Positions 11,500-20,000 of a DNA stretch of 20,000 nt are shown piece by piece (positions within the stretch are counted from its first letter, which is position 1; every line of letters begins with the position of its first letter). The notes beneath the pieces were generated by a model. The model made no database searches, had not been told where the DNA came from, and saw only the letters and a program-made list of their open reading frames with translations. Made by a program: the position numbers and the translations under genes. This DNA is from Vicugna vicugna (lineage: Eukaryota). Location: contig MU061579.1 in the NCBI GenBank assembly GCA_013265495.1, positions 3,830,175 through 3,850,174 of the forward strand, given 5' to 3'.

Positions 11500-11628
11500 A
11501 ATGGAAGTGATATATGACTCTTTCCTACACATTACTATGGTCACAGCTAGTCACACAGCCATGGTTATTCAAAAAGCCATGTGGAAAGAAGATGAGAAAT
11601 CTTTGTGATAACTTACAATGTCTAATGT
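11500..11628 (-). mobile_element. Old MaLR LTR (MLT1J/K-like), part 2
   Basis: ggaagtgatatatgactctttcctacacattactatggtcacagctagtcacacagcca continues the MLT1J/K consensus (ggaagtgacacacatcacttccactcacatttcattggcca...agtcacatggcca). Confidence 0.7.
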
Positions 11629-11784
11629 ATTTCTTTGTAGCTGTAACTTCCTAAAATCTCATTATGCCTTGAAATTTCCCAGGAAAAAAGTATAGGATAA
11701 TGACATTTTTACCAATAAGAAAAAATTGAAAATTTCAGCATTTTAAACATATATAAATACCTTCTCTCAATGTATATTCACAAA

Positions 11785-11965
11785 AACATCCATATTATAG
11801 TTAGGTCTGACAGACAACACTCCTATATCATAAATGAACAAACAGGCACAAAGTAATGAAATGCAATGATTAAAAAACATCTAAAACTTACACCCCCCGC
11901 TTAGAGGCAGAACAAAGTCTAGAATCTAATCTCCTGAATCCTAATCCTAAATTCTTTTCCACGAG
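11785..11965 (-). mobile_element. MIR SINE relic
   Basis: ctcctatatcataaatgaacaaacaggcacaaag...agaggcagaacaaagtctagaatctaatctcctgaatcctaatcc. Confidence 0.7.
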
Positions 11966-12309
11966 AGTATGTCAAATGTAAATATAAATAAGTGGAAATT
12001 CCCACCAGAAGTCACTATTGAGGAAAACCAGCTTGAATGTTCTAATATTTGACTGAAAATAATTAGTTTCATTTGTTTTATTAAGAATATGCATTTCACA
12101 AAGCATAAGTTATGTTTTATTCTCTGTTTGCTTCCTTCATGAAGTTCAAGTCAGGGCAAGAAAATGTTAGCTTCCTCGGTTGCACCCCGTTAAAATGCCC
12201 CTAATCAAAACCTGTTTTTCCTGGATACTACACAAAATGTCACAAATAAACCTGTGCACCCATTTGTGATAATGTGCTAAGCACCCCTAGGTAACAGTAC
12301 CTTATAAAA

Positions 12310-12470
12310 TATTAGAACAGACAGGTCTTTAGAGAACAACTAGACGAAAATTCTCACTTGTAGATAAGACACCTGAGTCTCAAGAAGATCAATTGTTTTT
12401 CTATTGCTACTCTTCTGGTCAATGTTGATGTGACTTAGACCAGACCCAAAACTAAGTTATATTATATGCT
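12310..12470 (-). mobile_element. MIR3-like SINE relic
   Basis: ttagaacagacaggtctttagagaacaactag...ctcacttgtagataagacacctgagtctcaagaag. Confidence 0.6.
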
Positions 12471-12779
12471 GTGTTGAGTATAATTGAAGATGGTAAAGAG
12501 ACCTATTTGGGGAGCTTATTTTAGAATACTTCCAATAGCAAAATTCATACAGTTTTATTTTAAGAAGTAACCTCTTTGCCACTAATCTTCTCCACCCCTA
12601 TATATGTTCTGTATTTCCCCCAGTTATCAGAGAAGAACAAATAAAATTACAAAGCTCCCCTGATGGAAGACCTAGGTTAAGTTTCTGTTGCTTATGAGAG
12701 AAGGCACAAATTCTGCAGTATTTAATTTTGCAGTCTGGTGTGCACGTACTTCTCCATATTCATCAACTAACCTACAGCC

Positions 12780-13178
12780 CATACTGCAATCAGAGTGATG
12801 TCATTCGTCTCTGCACACATGATAGTATTTCATAACTCTACATCTTTGCTATCGCTTACCTCTATTCAATTTCCTGATTTCCCTATCTAACACTCCTTCC
12901 AAGTCCTATCATTTTCCATCCCTCACTTCAAATGATGCCCCTTCAGGGAAGAGTCTCTCATCTCCCTAGGGGAGGTCTATATGCTCCTACAAAATATTGT
13001 TCATGTAACTATCAAAGTATTTACCAGATTTGAGTGCAATTTTCTCTGCTTCACCCAACAGACCCCTTGAAAGTAGGCACCACAATTCACGCATTTTTCT
13101 TTTTCCAGCGATACCAGAGTATCTGACATGTACTAGCTGCCTAATAAATTTTGTAGAAGAGTGAAAACATTAATGAAA
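12780..13178 (+). mobile_element. LINE-2 3' end relic
   Basis: actgcaatcagagtgat, cacttcaaatgatgccccttcagggaag, ccttgaaagtaggcac and gtatctgacatgtactagctgcctaataaattttgtagaa are sense L2 3' motifs. Confidence 0.8.
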
Positions 13179-13849
13179 AAAATGACTTTCAATGACATAA
13201 CACTTTACAAATCACAAGCACTTTTCATGTTGTGCTATAGTAACCCTTCAACACATAATGTCCATCTATTTATAATTCTTAGACACAGGGTTCACCATAT
13301 GTGGGAGAGGGGTCTTTTGAAAGTCTCATGACTGAAGAAAACTGCAAGTAATTGGAAAATGGGAAACATTTAACAAACTCTTTTGACACATCTGTGCCTC
13401 CTAGCAACTCCGCCAGTTGTGTATCTCTGCTTCCAAATGGCATGACCACAGCGACACAGCAGTAATTTAAACAAGCAGCTAGTCACATTTTCTCAAACTG
13501 TAGAAAATGAGGATTTTAAGGCTACACACCAATTTCCCTTCGTAAGGTGTTTCACTCATTATGTTCACTGACCTTATTTCCACTGTGTTAGTTTATATTG
13601 CTCTCTGCTTGAGGGGTTTAATGAGTGTGTGAATTCCACTGGGTATTCTGATTACAATAACCCTGCATATGTGCACCTTTTTATGAGAAAACAGATTACC
13701 ATGAGTCTAAAAAAAAGGTGTTTTGGGGGTCTTCTATCTGAATTTTACACTTTCCTTCAATTATAGGTTTCTCAACCCAAATAACAGTATTTGTGACAAA
13801 TAAGCTGGTATGTCAAGAATAAATTTATGTGTTCTATTTCAGCTCAGGA

Positions 13850-14035
13850 AGAAGAGGAAAGAACATGAGATTCTGATTGAAACAACTAGTTCCATCTCCA
13901 CTACTTTCATTTTGCTTGACATTGGGAAAGTCTCTAACCACACTTGGCCTCAAGTTCTTTCTGCTAAATGTGGATACTAATTAGATACAGATTCTGTCGG
14001 AATCAAGAAAGAGGACAGATGTAAATGTGCCTTTT
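13850..14035 (+). mobile_element. MIR SINE relic
   Basis: ggaaagaacatgagattctga (tRNA-derived head), tgacattgggaaagtctctaaccacacttggcctcaagttctttctgctaaatg (core), gatgtaaatgtgcc (tail). Confidence 0.75.
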
Positions 14036-14678
14036 TATATTCAAGGATGTATGTGAATTTCACAGTACAAAATTATATATGCACATTGTCATCGGGTTTT
14101 GCTAAATCCTATTCAGGTATTGACCTGCTGCCTCTGAATCCAGTCAAGGAATATAATTAAGCAGATCTGACATCAAGTTCTGGCTCTTTAGTCAGGAGCA
14201 TTAATGGGTGACATTGAAGTGCTCACAGTAACCTTAACTAAGTCTGGTTCCTACCTTTAGTATTAACAGATTCTGAGAACCATCCCTGTTTTGGAGTTAC
14301 AGGATATGAGTACATCTCCACAAGTCAAGATAATTCTTTATTCTTTCTCCTTTGTATTTTTTTTTTTACTTCCACAACTCAAATGTCAATTTAATTTTGC
14401 CTCTATGTAGAATCAACCTAGTCTTTGTCATTCATTCTGAAGAACGTGTCGATAACCATATTATATGGCAGTCAATAGGAAAAAAAATTGCAAGTCAAGT
14501 GCTGACCCGATTCTAAACTGGAAATCAAGAAATCTTCAGTCTAATATGAGGATTTGCATTTATGTGCTGGACATTACCAAATTTATATTATTTATCAAAC
14601 ACCCCCTGTTGGCATTCAAGAGCCAAAATATTCAACTGCCCATACAACATTACAGTTGTACAATACTCATGCAGAATT

Positions 14679-14734
14679 TGTGCTATAAACCAGAAATTGA
14701 CACAGCATTATAAACTGACTCTACTTCAATAAAA
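14679..14734 (+). mobile_element. 56-bp extreme 3' fragment of a camelid-type L1
   Basis: tgtgctataaaccagaaattgacacagcattataaactgactctacttcaataaaa closely matches the reverse complement of 18536-18590 in this window. Confidence 0.85.
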
Positions 14735-14735
14735 C

Positions 14736-17700
14736 TTAGAAATCACCATTCTAAACTAACAAAAAGTGAAAAAGCTGAACAAACTGAAAAACCAACAATT
14801 CTTTTTAGATCTGTCAGAAAAGTAAGGCCAATCACTGCACAAAAAAATTGGAGATACAAACAGGCCATTACAGAGAATCACAACTTTTAAGAGCAGAAAC
14901 TTATCTAGGAACCAGTGCTGGGGTAGAAAAACTTGAACAGTAATTGACAAATTGCAGAAGGCTCAGTATGGACAACTCTGAGTGTTAAAAACTCCAGGGG
15001 AACTCTGTCAAGGAGGCCCCTAGGCTTTTGTGAGATTTACTCCAGAAGATTTACCAGGTCCTCACAGTGAATATTGGGGAAAAATTCCCTCATGCTTCTG
15101 GCAGGGGTATGGAAAAATAACCTTTTAAAAATACTCCAGAATATTCTGCTCTTAAAAAGGCCTGTCTGTAGGACAAACTATTTTACCAAAATCCAACCTG
15201 CAAGGGTTTTATCAGAGCCTAACTTACCTGGTAGAAGGGAAATACTAAACTCCATAAAGGGTATTATGAGAAACTATGCACACAAATTTAATAACCCAAT
15301 GAAAAGGAATGAATTCTTAAAAGACACAATCTGCCAAAATTCAGACCAGAAGAAGCAGAGAATCTGAATAGGACTATATTGATTAAAGACACTGAGTCAA
15401 TAATTGGAACCTTCCAAAATAGAAAGCACCAAGCCCTGAGAGGTGAATTCTACCAAATATTTAAGGAAAATATTCTCACAATCTCTTCCTGAATATAGAA
15501 ACAGAGGGAATATTTCCTAACTTATCCTATGAGGCCAGCATCACCCTAATACCAAACCAGACAAAAACATTACAAGAAATGAAAACCACAGACCAATATC
15601 TTTCATAAACATCGATGCAAACATCTTCAACAAAATATTAGCAAACTGAATTCAACAATGTATGAAAACAATTATAAACCACAACCAAGTCAAATTTGCA
15701 CTTGGAAATGCAAGACTGTTTAAAAATTTGAAAATCAATTAAGGTAATCCATCAAATCAATATACTAAAAAAGAAAAAATATCATAGTCTTACCAATACA
15801 TGCAGAAAAAACATTTGACAAAATCCAATACTGATACATCCTTAAAACTCACAGTAAATTAGTCATAGAGGGAAACTTCCTCAACTTAATAAGAAACACT
15901 TACAAAAGCCCTATAGTTAGTATTGTAGTTAATCATGAGAATCTCAAAGCTTTCCTATTAAGATCACAAAAAAGGCAAGGATATTTTCTCTCATTATTGC
16001 TTTTCAACATCATACTGAAAGCCCTAGTGACACAATTAGAAAAGAAATAAAAGTTACATGGATTAGAGAAAAAAATAAAATCGTCTTTGTTCGCAGATGA
16101 CACAACGGTGTATGGTAGAAAGTCTGAAAGAACTGATTTTCAAAACCTCCTGAAACTAATAAGCAATTATTACAAGGTTAAAAGAGACAAAGTTAATATA
16201 TAAAGTCTTTTGCTTTCCTATATAGTAGCAATAAACAAGTGGAATTTGAAATTAAAAGCATAATACCATTTACATGAGCACCCCAAATATGAAATACTTT
16301 GGTATAATTTTAATATAATGTGTACAAGGTCTATATACAGAAAACTACAAAACTCTGATCAAAGATATCAAAGAAGAACTAAGTAAATATGGAGATGGCC
16401 CACGTTCATAGAAAGAACAATTCAATATTGCCAAGATGTCACTTCTTTCCAAGTTAATCTATATATTCAACACAGTCACAATCAAATTTGCATTTTGTTT
16501 TCATGGATATCAGCAAGCTAATCCTAAAGTTTACATGGAGAGGCAAAAGGCCAAGAATAGCCATTCAATAGTCAAAGGACTGACATACTCTAAGATTTAC
16601 CAAAAAGCTACAGTAATTAAGGCAGTATAGTTTTGTCAAAACAAAACAAAACAAAACAAAACAAAACTAGTATTTCAATGGTACAGAACAGAGAGCCCAG
16701 AATAGACCCACATAAATACAGTCAACTAATTTTTCACAAAGCAGGCAATAAAATGGAGCAGAGATAGTCCTTCTAGTAAATGGTGATGAAACAATGGATA
16801 CCCACACACAAAAATGAATCTAGAACAGAACTTCTATCCTTCACAAAAATGAATTCAAAATGGATCATAGACTTATATGTAAACTATAAAACTATAAAAC
16901 ACCTAGAAAACAACAGGAGAAAATCTATACAACCTTGAGTATACAATGACTTTCTAGATACACTACAGGTATGAGCCATGAAGGAAATAATTAATAAATT
17001 GGACTGCATTAAAATTTAAAATTCCTGCTTTGCAACAGAATATGAGATACAAACCACAGACAGGGTAAAAATATTTGTAAAAAGCACAGCAGGTAAAGAA
17101 CTGTTATTCAAAATATACAAAGAATTCTTAAAACTCAAAAATAAGAAAACAACCAATTTTAAAAAATGGACTAAAGCCCTTAACAGAGCACTCACCAAAG
17201 AAGATGTACAAAAGGCAAATAAGGATATGAAAAGATGCTCCATATCATGTTATTAGGATACTGCAAATTAAATCAACATTGAGATATCACTACACAGCTA
17301 TTAGAATGGCCACTGTCCAAAACAGTGACAACACCAAATGCTGGGGAGGGTGTGGAATAATGGGAACTCTCATTCATTGCTAGTCGAAATACAAAATAGT
17401 ACAGCCACTTTGGCAGACAGGTTGATAGTTTCTTAGAAAAGTATACATGCTCTTACCAGAGGATCCAGGAATTCTGTTCCTTGATACTTACCAAAAGGAA
17501 CTGAAAACGTATGCCCACACAAAAACCTGCACACGGATGTTTATAGCAGCTTTATTCATACTTGCCAAACTTAGAAGAAATCAAGATTCCTTCAGGAGGT
17601 GAATGAATAAATAAACTATTGTACATTTAGAAACACAGTATTATTCAGCATTAAAAATAATGAGATATCAAACCACAAAAAGATATGAAGAAAACTTAAA

Positions 17701-18160
17701 TGCATATTACTAATTGAAATAATCCAATCTGAAAATGCTACATTCATACTGTATGATTCCAACTATTTGTCACTGTGGAAAAGGCAAAACTATGGAGAAA
17801 GTAAAAAAATCTTTGGTTGTATTAGGGGAGACGGTGGCAGAGTACAGAGGATTTTTATAACAGTGAAATTATTCTGTATGATACTGCAACAGTTGATACA
17901 TGCCATTACACATTCGTCAAAACTCAGAATGTACAACACTCTGAGTGAACACTTACGTAAACTATGGAGTTTGTCTGATAAAGTAATGTCAATGCAGATT
18001 CACTGATTGTAGCAAATGCACCACCATGGTGCAAAGTATCAATATTGTGTATACATGTGTGGGAAATAGCTGTAAATGGTAACTCTTTTGTACATTTTAC
18101 TCAATTTTGCTATGAACCTAAAATTGCTTTTAAAAATCAAATTTATTTATTAAAAACAAA
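14736..18160 (+). mobile_element. Old LINE-1 (L1MC1-like 3' end, L1MCa/L1MDa-like 5' end) with large internal deletion
   Basis: 5' UTR-like sequence at 14736-15253 (aaagctgaacaaactgaaaa...gagtgttaaaaactccagggg). Decayed ORF2 from ~15254 includes RPISFINIDANIFNKILAN (~15590-15647) and the RT motif SLFADD (16084-16101). L1MC1-type 3' UTR ends ctcaattttgctatgaacctaaaattgc...aaaaacaaa. Confidence 0.93.
16637..16667. repeat. (CAAAA)6 microsatellite within L1
   Basis: Read directly. Confidence 0.95.
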
Positions 18161-18434
18161 CAGAGTACACACATATCTCAGAGTCCTCTTTTCCAAAACA
18201 AAATTCATTTTCCCAAAACATTGATATTGACCTTTCAATATCCCAAAACTAGTTTTATTGTGCTTGGAGTTAGGTAATTGACTAAATGTGGTTGAACTTA
18301 GTACAGAATTGGGTAGCACTTACAGCTCTCATATTGTAAGTCTTTGTAAGTAAAAAAAGGTGTTGCTGATACAACATATCATATGTACAAGTTCCTACAT
18401 ATCTTTCTGAATTTACTTTTGACCACTATAATCC

Positions 18435-18953
18435 TAATTCTCCCATGTAGTCACACTGGCCTCTGCTTTTCCTCAAAAAATCCCAATAGTGCTCCTGCTT
18501 CAGGACATGAGTTTTTTTTTTTTTTAATTTTAATTTTTATTGAAGTATAGTTAGTTCACCATGTTGTGTCAATTTCTGGTTTACAGCATAATGTTTCAGT
18601 CATACATATACATACATAGATTCCTTTCCATATTCTTTTTCATCATAGGTTACTACAAGGTACTGAATGTAGTTCCCTATGATATACAGAGAACCTTGTA
18701 TATCTATTTTATCTGGTAATTAGTATCTGCAAATCAAGACATGAGGTGCACTTGTTTGTAATGCCCTTCTCTTGGGACCACCTCCCTAGAGAGGTCCTTC
18801 CAGACTGCCAACCCTGCAACCCAGTAACTTTCTCTTTTTCCCTTGCTCCATTTTATTTCATGGTGGCTATATCTGACATTGAATTATCTATTCTATATTT
18901 ATTGTTTATTATTGATTTCACTCATTAGAGTATAAGCTCCAAAAGGGCAAGGA
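18435..18953 (+). mobile_element. LINE-2 (L2a-like) 3' region, interrupted at 18512-18737 and again at 18954
   Basis: agtcacactggcctctgcttttcctcaaa...gctcctgcttcagg; cacctccctagagaggtccttccagac; ctcattagagtataagctccaaaagggcaagga. Confidence 0.85.
18512..18737 (-). mobile_element. Short 5'-truncated camelid-type L1 3' end with TSD
   Basis: Poly-T followed by ttattgaagtatagttagttcaccatgttgtgtcaatttctggtttacagc...tagtatctgcaaatc; flanked by gacatgag at 18504-18511 and 18738-18745. Confidence 0.9.
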
Positions 18954-20000
18954 TTTTTTTTAACATTTTTTATTGATTTATAATCATTTTACAATGTTGT
19001 GTCAAATTCTAGTGTTCAGCACAATTTTTCAGTCATTCATGGACATATACACACTCATTGTCACATTTTTTTCTCTGTGAGTTATTGTAACAGTTTGTGT
19101 ATATTTCCCTGTGCTATACAGTGTAATCTTGTTTATCTATTCTACAGTTTTGAAATCCCAGTCTATCCCTTCCCACCCTCTACCCGCCTGGCAAACCTCT
19201 CTGTCTATGAGTCTATTTCTGTCCTGTATTTACGCTTCATTTTTGTTTGTTTGTTTGTTTGTTTTTGTTTTTTAGATTCCACATATAAGCGATCTCATAA
19301 GGTATTTTCTTTCTCTTTCTGGCTTACTTCACTTGGAATGACATTGTCCAGGAGCATCCATGTTCCTGCAAATGGCATTGTGTTGTCAGTTTTTATGGCT
19401 GAGTAGTATTCCATTGTATAAATATACCACATCTTCTTTATCCAGTCATCTGTTGATGGACATTCAGGCTGTTTCCATGTCTTGGCTGTTGNNNNNNNNN
19501 NNNNNNNNNNNNNNNNNNNNNNNNNNNNNNNNNNNNNNNNNNNNNNNNNNNNNNNNNNNNNNNNNNNNNNNNNNNNNNNNNNNNNNNNNNNNNNNNNNNN
19601 NNNNNNNNNNNNNNNNNNNNNNNNNNNNNNNNNNNNNNNNNNNNNNNNNNNNNNNNNNNNNNNNNNNNNNNNNNNNNNNNNNNNNNNNNNNNNNNNNNNN
19701 NNNNNNNNNNNNNNNNNNNNNNNNNNNNNNNNNNNNNNNNNNNNNNNNNNNNNNNNNNNNNNNNNNNNNNNNNNNNNNNNNNNNNNNNNNNNNNNNNNNN
19801 NNNNNNNNNNNNNNNNNNNNNNNNNNNNNNNNNNNNNNNNNNNNNNNNNNNNNNNNNNNNNNNNNNNNNNNNNTCGGTTTCATAAAATTTTCTCCCATTC
19901 TCTAGGTTTTCTTCTTGTTTTACTTCTGGTTTCCTTTGCTCTGCAGAAGCTTGTAAGTTTCATTAGGTCCCATTTGTTTATTCTTGCTTTTATTTTATTT
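18954..20000 (-). mobile_element. Young camelid-type LINE-1, 3' UTR and ORF2 C-terminus, continuing past the window end
   Basis: ttttaacattttttattgatttataatcattttacaatgttgtgtcaaatt 3' end; ttttatggctgagtagtattccattgtataaatataccacatc; after the gap, ttcctttgctctgcagaagcttgtaagtttcattaggtcccatttgtt (antisense ORF2). Confidence 0.95.
19492..19873. other. Assembly gap (382 N) inside the young L1
   Basis: Run of N with L1 sequence on both sides. Confidence 1.

Noticed and set aside
19360..19905. Longest ORFs (181 and 144 aa)
   Set aside because: Artefacts of translating through the N gap.

Overview
AT-rich mammalian non-coding DNA (intergenic or intronic), most likely from a camelid (Camelus/Vicugna) judging by the young L1 3' ends. 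Well over half of the window is transposable-element derived. It holds four age classes of LINE-1: an old L1MC-type copy, a cetartiodactyl-type copy with a 13-bp TSD, two short camelid-type 3' fragments, and a young camelid-type copy spanning an assembly gap. It also holds L2 and MIR relics, MaLR (MLT1) LTR/internal pieces, and a three-layer LTR nest (MLT1J/K > MER39-like > MLT1A0-like). No intact protein-coding gene, RNA gene or novel biological system is supportable: the informative ORFs are broken L1 ORF2 pieces or their antisense shadows. Subfamily names come from recalled consensus sequences, not a database search, and boundaries of old repeats are approximate.
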